Origin: Thermodesulfobacteriota bacterium
Lineage (GTDB): Bacteria; Desulfobacterota; Desulfarculia; JACQYL01
NCBI GenBank assembly: GCA_963675595.2
Contig: CAXXLZ010000001.1
Coordinates: 544,001 to 608,000, forward strand
Reading direction: 5' to 3'
Length of the DNA: 64,000 nucleotides
Part shown: positions 1 through 9,474 of the stretch, piece by piece
Position numbering within the stretch: the first letter of the stretch is position 1
How the letters are laid out: every line of letters begins with the position of its first letter
Translations under genes and position numbers: made by a program
The notes under the pieces: generated by a model
Databases searched by the model: none
Seen by the model: the letters and a program-made list of their open reading frames with translations, nothing else
What the model was told of the DNA's origin: nothing

Positions 1-1002
1 GGGAACGCCGCTACGCCCATGGGCCTGAAGGCCATGATGGAGCTGGACCGACTGAACCCGTCCAAGGGAACGGCCACGGACGCCATGTGCCTGTTTCTGG
101 CCATCAATACCTCGAACGTAACGATCCTGCCCCTGGGTGTGATTGCGGTGCGGGCTTCCGCGGGGAGCGCCGAACCGGCTTCCATTCTCGTGCCCACACT
201 GCTGGCCACCATCACCTCGACTCTCGTGGCGGTGGCGGCGGCCAAGTTTCTTTCCCGAGTTTCGCGAGGGGAGACCTCCGCATCGGAGGAATCCTCGGAA
301 ATCGCCTCGGAGGATGCGCCGACCCAGGGAGAGACGATGGATGAATCGCAGGCGAATTCGGAAAAGGAAGAGGCTCTTCAGCCGCCCGGATATTTGGGAC
401 GCTTGGCATGCCTGCTTTTGATGGCCGTTTTCGTTGTCGGGGCCGTGCTTCATTGGGTGCAGGCGGAGTCCGCGGCCGAAGCGGGCAAGGAATTTCTGTC
501 CTTCTGGTTGCTTCCCATGATCATGGGAGGGCTGCTTGTTTTCGGCTACCTGAAAGGCGTGGGTGTTTACGAGGCGGCCACGGAAGGCGCCAAGGAAGGC
601 TTTCAGGTGGCGGTCCGCATCATTCCCTTCTTGGTCATGATCCTGGTGGCTGTGGGAATGTTTCGGGCTTCGGGCGCATTCGACATGATGGTACGCATAC
701 TGAATCCGGTTACTTCACTCCTCGGCATGCCCCCGGAGGCGCTTCCCATGGCGCTCATGCGTCCCCTTTCAGGGAGCGGCGCTTTCGGAGTGATGAGTGA
801 GGTGGTCCAGCGGGCGCCGGACAGTTTCGGAGCCTATCTGGTGTCGTGCATGCAGGGCAGCACGGAAACCACGTTCTATGTCCTGGCCGTGTACTTCGGG
901 TCCGTCGGGATCGTTCGCACACGGTATGCCCTGACCGCAGCTTTGCTGGCGGATGCCGCCGGGATTCTCGCCTGCCTGTTCTTCTGTCGGATTCTTTTCT
1001 AG
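1..1002 (+). CDS. SpmA/SpmB-like fused nucleoside-recognition (Gate) membrane protein, 5'-truncated
   Basis: Frame is open from base 1 (GNAATPMGLKAM, SpmA-like motif); the C-terminal half has SpmB-like RPLSGSGA and GSTETTFYVLAVYFG; many hydrophobic segments. Confidence 0.8.
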   Translation, partial: GNAATPMGLKAMMELDRLNPSKGTATDAMCLFLAINTSNVTILPLGVIAVRASAGSAEPASILVPTLLATITSTLVAVAAAKFLSRVSRGETSASEESSEIASEDAPTQGETMDESQANSEKEEALQPPGYLGRLACLLLMAVFVVGAVLHWVQAESAAEAGKEFLSFWLLPMIMGGLLVFGYLKGVGVYEAATEGAKEGFQVAVRIIPFLVMILVAVGMFRASGAFDMMVRILNPVTSLLGMPPEALPMALMRPLSGSGAFGVMSEVVQRAPDSFGAYLVSCMQGSTETTFYVLAVYFGSVGIVRTRYALTAALLADAAGILACLFFCRILF

Positions 1003-1109
1003 ACGGCCTGCGGCTTGACGGCGGATCGATCCTCGGGTAAATAGACGGCATCGAGCACCACGGAGGGCTCAGCCAAGCAGCACGGTTCACATCATATCTT
1101 AGAAACCCC

Positions 1110-1161
1110 GGCCACGAAGGTCCGGGCCGCCGAGAGGCGCCCAGTCTTCGTGGCTTTTTTT
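1110..1161 (+). terminator. Intrinsic terminator/attenuator-like hairpin (copy 1 of GGCCACGAAGG...CTTCGYGGC-T7 element)
   Basis: GCCACGAAG (1111-1119) pairs with CTTCGTGGC (1146-1154); inner GAGA-loop stem; T-run 1155-1161; 21 nt before ATG 1183. Confidence 0.65.
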
Positions 1162-1182
1162 GTGCCGAACAAAGGGAAACCG

Positions 1183-2973
1183 ATGACACGCGAATTCCGC
1201 TCCTTTTTCCGGACGAACCTCATATTTGTCTTGCTCATTCCGACCCTCCTGTTCCTGGTTCCGGTGATTCCGGGGACGTCGGAGGCGGCCGATGGCCGTG
1301 TTATTCGGCAGGACACCGACGGCGACGGCAGGGACGATCGGGTCGTTCACCTGGATTCCAAAGGGCAAATCCAACGCCTGGAAGCGGACGCCGACGGCAA
1401 CGGAACCATGGACACCTTTCAGTACTATGAAAACGGCGTCCTGAGTCGCATAGAGCGAGACCTCAACGAAGACGGGGTCGTGGACGAGCGGGACATCCTG
1501 GAGAAGGGTGAACGCAAGCGTTTCGAGAAGCTCAACGCACGGGGAATCATTGTCGAAGTCGTTGAATTCGACGCCGGTGAACGGTTTCGTGTGTGGGAAC
1601 GAGACACCACGGGCGATGGAAAAAGAGATACGGTGCAGCGCTACGAGGGTGGAAAGTTGGTGTTGGTTACCAGGGACACCACGGGCGACGGTCGGGCGAA
1701 CTCCCGGGAAACTTACCGGAGCGGTCGTCCCACGGAACGGAAAGTCGACGAAGACGGGAACGGACGTTTGGAGCTGATCCTTAGATACGATGACGCCGGA
1801 CAACCTGCCGAGAGCGAGCACGACCTCGACGATGATGGGACGATGGAAACAAAGAGGTCTTACCGAAACGGCGTTCCCTTTGTGCAAGAGAAGGATACGG
1901 ACGGAGACGGAAGGCCGGATGTGGTCACGGAATATCGGGACGGCTTTGCAGTTTCCGAAAAGACCGATACCGACGGAGACGGTTCTTTCGATCTCGTGGT
2001 GCTGCTGAAGGACGGCAGGCCCTACGAACGGAGAGAAGACACGAACCGAGACGGGGCCCTGGACCGGTTCACCGAGTATGACTCGGAAGGACAACCCGTG
2101 GTGCTTCGGGAAGATACCCGGCATTCGGGAGAAATCAACCGGTTGTCCCGTTTCGAGAAGGGAGTACCGGTACGTATGGAAGAGGATGAGAACGGGGACG
2201 GAATCTTCGAGACGATTACGTTGTTCGAAAAAGGGGAACCCGTGAGCCGGACCCGGGACGACAACGGAGACGGCAAGCCGGAAACCGTGATTTATTTCGA
2301 CCCGGAGGGGCGGGTCGTGCGGGCCGTTACGGACGCCGACCGGGACGGCAAGGAAGATACCTGGGAATTCTATACGGCCGGTGAGCTTTCGGCGACGGAG
2401 CATGATCGGGATTATGACGGGCGCGTCGATGCGAAGGTGTCTTATTCGGAAGGCCGTCGGATCAGTGAACTGTTGGATACCGATGGAGATGGTCGTTTCG
2501 AGACCCGCCGCTTGTACAACGATCCCGAATGGTCGGTGGTTACGGAGCTCGATGGGGACGGAGACGGCTTTTACGAAACCCGATACTGCTATTCCGGAGA
2601 GGTGCTCCGGCTCAGGCAGACCTTTGACGACCCGGGGCGCCGCCTGAAAATCGTCGAAGAATACAACGAGCAGGGAAAGCTCGTGTTGTCCAGGGAAGAC
2701 CGGGACGGGGGAGGTCGTTTGAACCTGACCTGGCACTACGACGAGGCGCAATCTCCGGTTCTTGCGGAGAAGGACTCCGACGGCGATGGGCGGGTGGATA
2801 CGTGGTTCCATTACGAGAACGGCAAGCTTACGAGTACCGAGGAGGATCACGACGGAGACGGCAAGCCGGATTTCCGAGAAACCTACCAGGCCCCGGCGAG
2901 GGAAGGTGCGGAAACGCCGTCTCAAGGAGCGGCGGAGTCGCAATCCTCAACAAATGCGGAGCGGTCGCAGTGA
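1183..2973 (+). CDS. Secreted/periplasmic repeat protein with about 20 Dx[DN]xDG calcium-binding-like repeats
   Basis: N-terminal signal-like hydrophobic stretch; repeated DTDGDG/DADGNG/DENGDG motifs spaced about 22-23 aa; start taken at ATG 1183. Confidence 0.8.
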   Translation: MTREFRSFFRTNLIFVLLIPTLLFLVPVIPGTSEAADGRVIRQDTDGDGRDDRVVHLDSKGQIQRLEADADGNGTMDTFQYYENGVLSRIERDLNEDGVVDERDILEKGERKRFEKLNARGIIVEVVEFDAGERFRVWERDTTGDGKRDTVQRYEGGKLVLVTRDTTGDGRANSRETYRSGRPTERKVDEDGNGRLELILRYDDAGQPAESEHDLDDDGTMETKRSYRNGVPFVQEKDTDGDGRPDVVTEYRDGFAVSEKTDTDGDGSFDLVVLLKDGRPYERREDTNRDGALDRFTEYDSEGQPVVLREDTRHSGEINRLSRFEKGVPVRMEEDENGDGIFETITLFEKGEPVSRTRDDNGDGKPETVIYFDPEGRVVRAVTDADRDGKEDTWEFYTAGELSATEHDRDYDGRVDAKVSYSEGRRISELLDTDGDGRFETRRLYNDPEWSVVTELDGDGDGFYETRYCYSGEVLRLRQTFDDPGRRLKIVEEYNEQGKLVLSREDRDGGGRLNLTWHYDEAQSPVLAEKDSDGDGRVDTWFHYENGKLTSTEEDHDGDGKPDFRETYQAPAREGAETPSQGAAESQSSTNAERSQ

Positions 2974-3338
2974 TTTGTTCCTCGCCGCCGACCTGTTCCC
3001 CGGCTGAGTGCGGTGCGCGGGACACCATGGGATTTCAGGGGTTATCCAGGGAGAAGGCGGTTTCGCAGGTCATGAGATTGCGGCCGCTTCCGTGGCCGTT
3101 TCTTGTCGCGCGAGCCGCTTCGGACGTTGGTTTGTTTGTTGGTGTCGGTCGTTGGGATGCCTTTACCGGGTCGTTGAAAGACACGATCTGCGGCGTTGCA
3201 CTGCATCTCATCGTTTTTCTCCGGCATGCAATCATCCGACTTCTTCATCGGACTATTACCCGTGGTGTTGCGTGAGGCCGTTGGTCCATCGGTTTGATCC
3301 GGTGCCTCAGGGACACGGCGGCGGTTGGGGAGGAATGC

Positions 3339-3956
3339 ATGATCATGGACTTGATTTCCAAAGGAGGCCTTCTGGTGCCTCCCATCATACTATGTTCCGT
3401 TGTCGCTCTGGCCATTTTCGCTGAACGGGCGATTCGTTTTTATGTTTTGAGAAAGCGCGGTCGGACCGTCGCGGACCGCGTGGCCGCCTTTCTCGAGAAA
3501 GGTGAAAACGGCAACGCTCTTGAAGCGGCAGAAAACAGCCGGTCACCCATGGGTAGAGTACTGAGGCAGGGCATCGAAGTCATGGGCCATGATCGTGAAA
3601 CCCTCGAAACGGTGCTTGTCCATGCCGCCGAGGGGGAGGTCAGGGAACTCTCACGTTACTTGCGGACCCTAGCCACCATAGGCAACATTGCTCCCCTGCT
3701 CGGCCTTCTGGGTACCGTGATCGGCATGATCAAAGCCTTCATGGTGATTCAGGAGATGGGGGGCAAGGTGAACGCCGTATCTTTGGCGGGGGGAATTTGG
3801 GAGGCCATGCTGACAACGGCGTTGGGCCTTTCCGTCGCCTTGCCCGTCATGGTGGCTCACAGCTATCTGAGCGGTCGGGTGGATGATTACGAAGCCCGTC
3901 TGCTGGACGGTTCCGTGAAATTTCTCAAGAGCCTGTCACGCAGAAATAACGGATGA
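3339..3956 (+). CDS. exbB: MotA/TolQ/ExbB proton channel family protein
   Basis: APLLGLLGTVIGMI and LAGGIWEAMLTTALGL motifs; GGAGG RBS before ATG 3339; adjacent exbD/tonB. Confidence 0.88.
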   Translation: MIMDLISKGGLLVPPIILCSVVALAIFAERAIRFYVLRKRGRTVADRVAAFLEKGENGNALEAAENSRSPMGRVLRQGIEVMGHDRETLETVLVHAAEGEVRELSRYLRTLATIGNIAPLLGLLGTVIGMIKAFMVIQEMGGKVNAVSLAGGIWEAMLTTALGLSVALPVMVAHSYLSGRVDDYEARLLDGSVKFLKSLSRRNNG

Positions 3957-3959
3957 CCC

Positions 3960-4370
3960 ATGCTCGTTCACCGAAAGAAGAAAGAGCGCTATACGGTTCA
4001 GGCGCCCCTGACCTCTCTCATCGACATCGTCTTTTTGCTCCTTGTCTATTTCCTGTTGACGACAAGTTTCATGACGGAAGAGGCCGTTACGGTCAAGCTC
4101 CCTCGGGCGAATTCCTCGGCGCCGCAGACGCAGAAGCTGATCACCGTTTTCGTGGATGAAGAGGGTCGACCCTACCTCGACGGCGCGCAAATGACGTTCG
4201 ACGACTTGGCCGGCCGCCTGAAAGGAATGATCGGGCAAGAGGATCGGCCGGTGGTTATCAAGGCGGATCGACAGGTGATCCTGAACCGGGCCGTACGCGT
4301 GATGGATATCGCCAAAGAGGCGGGGGCTTCGCGGCTGTTGCTGGCAACGGAAAAGGAAACCGGAAATTGA
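3960..4370 (+). CDS. exbD: Biopolymer transporter ExbD
   Basis: LTSLIDIVFLLLVYFLL transmembrane motif, V.IKAD and VMDIAKEAG. Confidence 0.9.
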   Translation: MLVHRKKKERYTVQAPLTSLIDIVFLLLVYFLLTTSFMTEEAVTVKLPRANSSAPQTQKLITVFVDEEGRPYLDGAQMTFDDLAGRLKGMIGQEDRPVVIKADRQVILNRAVRVMDIAKEAGASRLLLATEKETGN

Positions 4371-5776
4371 GGGAGCGGTCGGTAAACGGCGAGCGATTTC
4401 AGTGGAATCGAATGCTTGCCGCCATGGTTTTGCTTTCCGTGGCGATGCATTGGTTCGTCCTGCTGAAGTGCGATCATTGGTTTCGAATTCAGCCCGTGGA
4501 GTATGTGGAATTCGAAATCGAGGTGAGTGAGGCGCGACCCGTTCAGGAACCTCCTCCTACTCCGAAGGTGGCGCAGCCTAAGCCCACGCCGCCCGTCACA
4601 CCCGAGGTCACCGCGAGGAGGGAGGAAATCGTCCGGCCCGAAGCGCCTGAAATGAGGGAGTTGCGGGTCGAGGAGCCCCCCGAGGTCCTCGACCCGTTGC
4701 GCACCCCGGAAACACCACATGCACCGGCTTTGCAGACATTAGCCGACATTGTTTCGCTCCGCGATTCGATGCCGGTGCCCCAGGTGAATCTCTCCGTTCC
4801 GGCTCCGGAGGCGCCGATGGAAACACCAACTCTTGGGAAGACGTCGGTGAAGAGTGTTTCCATCCCGGAAGCGGCGGCCCATCGGGTGGAGGTTCCTCGA
4901 CTGGTTGTGCGGCCTCTTGTTGAGGAGGCACCGTCGAGTTTGCCGCCCTCGTTTCAGCCCGTTGACGTTGCGGACGTTCGAGGCGCCGAATCGATTCCGG
5001 TCCCGTCCGGGCCTGGTGCGATTCCGGAATTCGGGCCTCTGCCGGGAGTGCCAAAGAGGAACCTGACCGTTTCCACGTCGGCTGTTTCGGAGCCGATTTC
5101 CTCGGAGCTTCGCATTTCGGCGCCTGAGAACGCACCTGAGGCCGTGGTCGAGCCGGGAGCTCCCGAAATTCCCGGACGGGTTGCATTCCAGCCGCTTGAT
5201 TCAGGATTGCGCCAAGAGGCCCCCGAGGCTCCGAGGAATCGACGGTGGGTTACACCGGCCCCTTTACCGGTCGCGAAGGAGTCCGGGATAGTACGGGGAA
5301 GGCCGGACCGCGTCGAGTTGCCCCGGATTCCGGCCCTTGCCTACATGAAGAAGACTGCGGGAGAGGCTCCGGTTGTCCGGTTGGAGGACTCGGTCGTATC
5401 GGACAAGCCGGAGACGTCCCGCCTTGCCCCCTTATCCTGGAGCCCCGAAAAGGAGCGGCGGCCTGAAATGGCTCCCGCGCACGGCAAAGAGGGAGACTAC
5501 TATCACGGCGTGTGGCTGAAAATCGAAGGGCGAAAGAGATATCCTCCCACAGCCGTCCGGCGGAGGCTGGAAGGACGAGTCGGAGTCCGATTCGTCATCG
5601 AGACGGACGGCACGGCGAGGAATATCGAAATTCTGGATCCCTGCCCACACCGTATTCTGAATGATGCCGCAGTGAAAGCGATCAGGAAAGCCTCTCCTTT
5701 CGCCCCGCCTCCCAAGGAATTGTTCAAAGGCCCCCTTACGGTGGATATTTATATCGGCTACGAATTAAAGAGCTGA
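4367..5776 (+). CDS. tonB: TonB family energy transducer with long Pro-rich linker
   Basis: N-terminal TM anchor, Pro/Glu-rich spacer, C-terminal YPPTAVRRRLEGRVGVRFVI...LNDAAVKAI TonB_C; overlaps the exbD stop. Confidence 0.8.
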   Translation: MRERSVNGERFQWNRMLAAMVLLSVAMHWFVLLKCDHWFRIQPVEYVEFEIEVSEARPVQEPPPTPKVAQPKPTPPVTPEVTARREEIVRPEAPEMRELRVEEPPEVLDPLRTPETPHAPALQTLADIVSLRDSMPVPQVNLSVPAPEAPMETPTLGKTSVKSVSIPEAAAHRVEVPRLVVRPLVEEAPSSLPPSFQPVDVADVRGAESIPVPSGPGAIPEFGPLPGVPKRNLTVSTSAVSEPISSELRISAPENAPEAVVEPGAPEIPGRVAFQPLDSGLRQEAPEAPRNRRWVTPAPLPVAKESGIVRGRPDRVELPRIPALAYMKKTAGEAPVVRLEDSVVSDKPETSRLAPLSWSPEKERRPEMAPAHGKEGDYYHGVWLKIEGRKRYPPTAVRRRLEGRVGVRFVIETDGTARNIEILDPCPHRILNDAAVKAIRKASPFAPPPKELFKGPLTVDIYIGYELKS

Positions 5777-5972
5777 TTCCTTGATTTTCGGGCCTGTGAA
5801 CAAGCAACGGCTGCAACTGTCCCGTTTCCCCGAAACGATGCCGCTAAACCTTTAGCGGTTACGCGAATCTTGAACCAAATAGAGACCGGCCGGCTGTTTG
5901 TCCGGCGGACTCGGCATGATCAACGAATGAAATATCGATCTTCCTGAAACAGGGAGCAAGGAGGTATCACCG

Positions 5973-6593
5973 ATGGACGCAAGAGAAATCATGGAATCGG
6001 AGGATTTCAGGAAATGTGTGGACTTTCACGGTCACATTTGTCCCGGCCTTTCCATCGGCTACAAGGCGGCCAAAGTCGCACTTGAAAAGCTGAATGAGCA
6101 GCGCTCCGAAGACGAAGAGATCGTGGCCGTTGTGGAGACGGATGCGTGTTCCGCCGATGCGGTGCAGGTGCTCACGGGGTGTACTTTCGGTAAGGGAAAT
6201 CTGATCTACAAAGACTACGGCAAAATGGCCTTGACTCTGTTGAGTCGCAAGACCGGCGAAGGAATCCGCGTGGTCTTGCGTCCGGGAGCCTTTTCGCCGG
6301 ATGAGGAGCATCTCGCGCTGATACGCAAGATGGTGAGTGGGGAAGCCGACGAAGACGAGAAAAAGAAATTCCAGGAGATCCATTTCCGTAGAAGTTGCGA
6401 TGTTCTGACGACCCCTGAGGATCGGCTCTTCGTCATGAAGCCCGTGAAAACGGAATTGCCCGCCAAAGCCAAGATCGATTGTTCCCGGCCCTGCTCCGTT
6501 TGCGGAGAACCCACCATGGCCGCCAAATTGCTGTCCGACGGCGATCGGAAGGTCTGCCGGGAGTGTTTGGAGAAGACACACTCAGCGGTCTGA
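5973..6593 (+). CDS. FmdE family protein with C-terminal zinc finger (copy 1)
   Basis: FHGHICPG, ETDACSADAVQ, GCTFGKGNL, C-terminal CxxC...CxxC; AGGAGG RBS. Confidence 0.88.
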   Translation: MDAREIMESEDFRKCVDFHGHICPGLSIGYKAAKVALEKLNEQRSEDEEIVAVVETDACSADAVQVLTGCTFGKGNLIYKDYGKMALTLLSRKTGEGIRVVLRPGAFSPDEEHLALIRKMVSGEADEDEKKKFQEIHFRRSCDVLTTPEDRLFVMKPVKTELPAKAKIDCSRPCSVCGEPTMAAKLLSDGDRKVCRECLEKTHSAV

Positions 6594-6747
6594 TGGTGAA
6601 AAGTGCATCACAGGTGATCTTTGGAGAAATGGAACGCCGCCGAAGTCATCTTTGGGTCGTCCACCGGGAGCCGAACGACGGCCCGGAGACGCCCACACTG
6701 CTTGGTTCTGCATACCGGGGTTTCCACAACGCCGGTATGGAGGACCG

Positions 6748-7944
6748 TTAGGGCGTGATGACCACTACCTGATTGGACAATGTACCGGAACCGTCAACCT
6801 TGTCGGCGAGAATACGAGCGGCGCAGGAGGTTCCCGGAGCCACCTGAAAGACCGCGCCGGTTTCGGGGCCCAGGTCGACTCCCGTGGCGGGGCTCATGGC
6901 CGGATAGGGTGAGAAGACCAGTGCGTAACTCTTGGTATCCGGAACCTTGTTCCAAACCAGCGACACGGTATCGCCTTCCACGCTGAAATTGAGTACCGGG
7001 GAGGGCCGGGCTTCACACTGGAAGTAAGCGTTCCAATCGGACGAGGCCGTGTCGTAGGCGCGATGCAGCGTGACCCGGGCGCAGCCTGCGGCCGGATCGA
7101 TACGAATGATGAATTCACTCACGCCTTCCGGATGCTCCATATTGCCCCAGTCATAAGTGTAGCCCAGACGAGTCCAAGGCCAACCCCAAGTACTCGGGTC
7201 GTTTTCGTCGCCGACCACGTAGATGGAATCGGCGCGATCCGCATACCATTGTCTAAAGGTCACTTCGCCGGCTTCGGACCACGGTGAGTCGAGAAACGGC
7301 ATGGTATCGTCGTATCGGATGAAGGGGTTGGTTTCGTATGGAAAGACCCATTGTCCCGTGTCGCTCTTGCGAGCCCTTTCCCCTTCGTGATCGGTGATTT
7401 CAGGATCCGCGGAGGGCCGAAACAAGAGTGCGGGGTCCACCCACATTTCCACGAGGACGTCGTAATCGTAGGCGGGGTGCAGGCCCAACAGCTGTTTCAC
7501 TCTTTTTCCGGTGGGAGGGCATTCGCCTTTCACGAAAAAATTCTTGAGTTGCGGCGCCACGGTAACCCAAAGGGACTTTTGCAGCACATATTCCCGCGCT
7601 CCGCTTTCAAGGTTTTCTTTGTAATATTTTTCATAGTCCGATCGAGCCATGAAAGTGGCCGCCAGAACCCGAGACGCTCCCGGATTCCCTTCCCACGTGA
7701 TCCCTTCGCCGTGAAGAATCTCGTAGTTGATCGGATCGTAGTCGGGAAGCACGGCTAGCAGGTGGGCCGATACTTCTTCTTGTGTGGTCGTCCGGGTGTC
7801 TCGAAGGGCTTCAAGGTAGGCCTGCTTGTCCGCGGGAGTGACTTGCGCGGCCCCCACCCATGAAGCCAAGGCAAGCGTAAAGAGGACCGAAAAAGCGAAC
7901 ATTCGGTACAGTCCCGTAAAAAAAGCTCCATTCCGTCGGTTCAT
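6748..7944 (-). CDS. Secreted conserved hypothetical protein (WPWTRLGYTYDW motif)
   Basis: Signal-peptide-like N-terminus after AGGAGGGAG RBS; QLLGL, LFRP and WTRLGYTYDW motifs; beta-rich C-terminal tail. Confidence 0.7.
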   Translation of the reverse strand: MNRRNGAFFTGLYRMFAFSVLFTLALASWVGAAQVTPADKQAYLEALRDTRTTTQEEVSAHLLAVLPDYDPINYEILHGEGITWEGNPGASRVLAATFMARSDYEKYYKENLESGAREYVLQKSLWVTVAPQLKNFFVKGECPPTGKRVKQLLGLHPAYDYDVLVEMWVDPALLFRPSADPEITDHEGERARKSDTGQWVFPYETNPFIRYDDTMPFLDSPWSEAGEVTFRQWYADRADSIYVVGDENDPSTWGWPWTRLGYTYDWGNMEHPEGVSEFIIRIDPAAGCARVTLHRAYDTASSDWNAYFQCEARPSPVLNFSVEGDTVSLVWNKVPDTKSYALVFSPYPAMSPATGVDLGPETGAVFQVAPGTSCAARILADKVDGSGTLSNQVVVITP

Positions 7945-8341
7945 TCGGACACTCCCTCCTAAGTCCGTCGAATTCAGGCATAGCATTTAACTATTCAAGA
8001 GCTGCGGGCAAAAGGTATCGCACGGTAGTCCGAACGTCAATGTGCTCATGCAGAGTGGCCGGCCGGGAAGAGACTCTTGCGTCGGCTGAAGAAACGGGCG
8101 GCTCGTTTGCATTTCTCCCCGGACACTTCCCATGCCTGCCGCAGTGATCGAAAGAGGGTGTTGACGCACCCCTGCGTGGGTGTTAAAAATCGTCAAGAAT
8201 CGTTGCATGATGCTGCGGCGGGTGCCTTTTGAGTCAAGCCGTCGGCAGCGGTTCGGTCCTGAAGGCCGTTCCGGCGATTCGGCATGCGAAGTCGCCTCTT
8301 TCGAAGCAGGGGAGAGGCGGATTCAGGATTCAAGACACCAT

Positions 8342-8394
8342 GGCCACGAAGGCGCTTCCCCTGAAGGGAAGTAGACTCTTCGCGGCCTTTTTTT
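8342..8394 (+). promoter_or_regulatory. Leader terminator/attenuator hairpin (copy 2 of GGCCACGAAGG element)
   Basis: GGCCACGAAG/CTTCGCGGCC outer stem, GCTTCCC/GGGAAGT inner stem, T7 run; the upstream gene is divergent, so it lies in the 5' leader of the ABC operon. Confidence 0.65.
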
Positions 8395-8433
8395 ATTTCC
8401 GGGGAGAAGAACGATAATCTCCCGGTAGAGACC

Positions 8434-9474
8434 ATGATCAGCGGAAATCGGGCGGGAACGCATTTCGGAGAGATTACCTCCGCATATCTGAATCGACGTC
8501 GCCACAGAGTGCTTTTGTTGATCGTCGTGCTGGTTGTGACGACCGGCATGGGAGCGTACGCCGTTGCCCACGGCACCTTTCATATCTCCATCAAAGAGAT
8601 GGTGCTTGCTCTCTTCGGAAACGCCGAGGACAACGTGCAGGTCGTAATTACTCGAATCCGGTTGCCCAGGGTGGTGGCCGCCGTTGTTTCGGGATGGGCG
8701 TTGTCCCTTGCCGGACTGTGCATCCAGTCTTTGCTCGGAAACCCTCTCGGCTCCCCGGATACTCTGGGGATCAGCCAGGGTGCCGCCTTCGGGGCCGGAA
8801 CGTCGATTGTGCTTTTCGGTGCGGGGTTCTTTTCCGTCACGGCGTGTGCATTCGGCGGTGCCATGGGTGCGACGGTGGTCATTCTGATTTTGTCCAAACT
8901 CAGGCGACTTTCTTCTGAAGCCGTGGTCTTGGCTGGTGTGGCCCTTTCCTCCCTTTTCAACTCTGCGTGGATTCTGACGCAGTATCTGGCGACGGAGACC
9001 GAGCTTTCCGTGGTCGTTTTTTGGATATTCGGCGACGTGGCGCGTTCCTCCTGGCATGAGATCGGGCTGTTATCGGGCGTCACGCTCGTCGTCAGCTTCT
9101 TCCTCTTCTATTTGAGGTGGGACTTCAATGCCCTGGCCTCCGGAGAAGAAGTCGCAAAGGGCCTGGGCGTGAACGTGCGGAGGCTCAGAATATCGGGCAT
9201 GCTCGCGGTATCTCTCGTAGCGGCCCTGGTTACCGCTTTTCACGGAGTCATCGCCTTCTTCGGCCTGATTGCGCCACACATGGCACGACGACTGATCGGA
9301 GAGGACCATTGTTTGCTGATTCCATTTTCCGCGGTCCTGGGCGCACTACTGCTGTTAACGGCCGATATCATCGGTCGGTTGCTCATCGGTTCGGGCTCTC
9401 TTCCGGTGGGGGTCATCACCTCCTTCCTGGGAGCTCCCATATTCCTCTATTTGTTGGTTCGAGGGTATCGATGA
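8434..9474 (+). CDS. FecCD/BtuC family ABC transporter permease
   Basis: IRLPRVVAA, NPLGSPDTLGISQGAAFG, G.IAFFGLIAPHMAR, LPVGVITSFLGAP. Confidence 0.92.
   Translation: MISGNRAGTHFGEITSAYLNRRRHRVLLLIVVLVVTTGMGAYAVAHGTFHISIKEMVLALFGNAEDNVQVVITRIRLPRVVAAVVSGWALSLAGLCIQSLLGNPLGSPDTLGISQGAAFGAGTSIVLFGAGFFSVTACAFGGAMGATVVILILSKLRRLSSEAVVLAGVALSSLFNSAWILTQYLATETELSVVVFWIFGDVARSSWHEIGLLSGVTLVVSFFLFYLRWDFNALASGEEVAKGLGVNVRRLRISGMLAVSLVAALVTAFHGVIAFFGLIAPHMARRLIGEDHCLLIPFSAVLGALLLLTADIIGRLLIGSGSLPVGVITSFLGAPIFLYLLVRGYR

Noticed and set aside
1099-2943. 614-aa antisense ORF
   Set aside because: Shadow of the repetitive + strand gene; no recognisable motifs. The same applies to the long antisense ORFs at 12752-14071, 34039-35547, 36475-37866 and 52819-53859.
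8200-8340. Cobalamin, Moco or NiCo riboswitch before the ABC importer
   Set aside because: Conserved blocks of these classes (e.g. GGGAA..CGGTG..AATCCG, GCCACTG) were not found by eye; reported only as an unknown leader.
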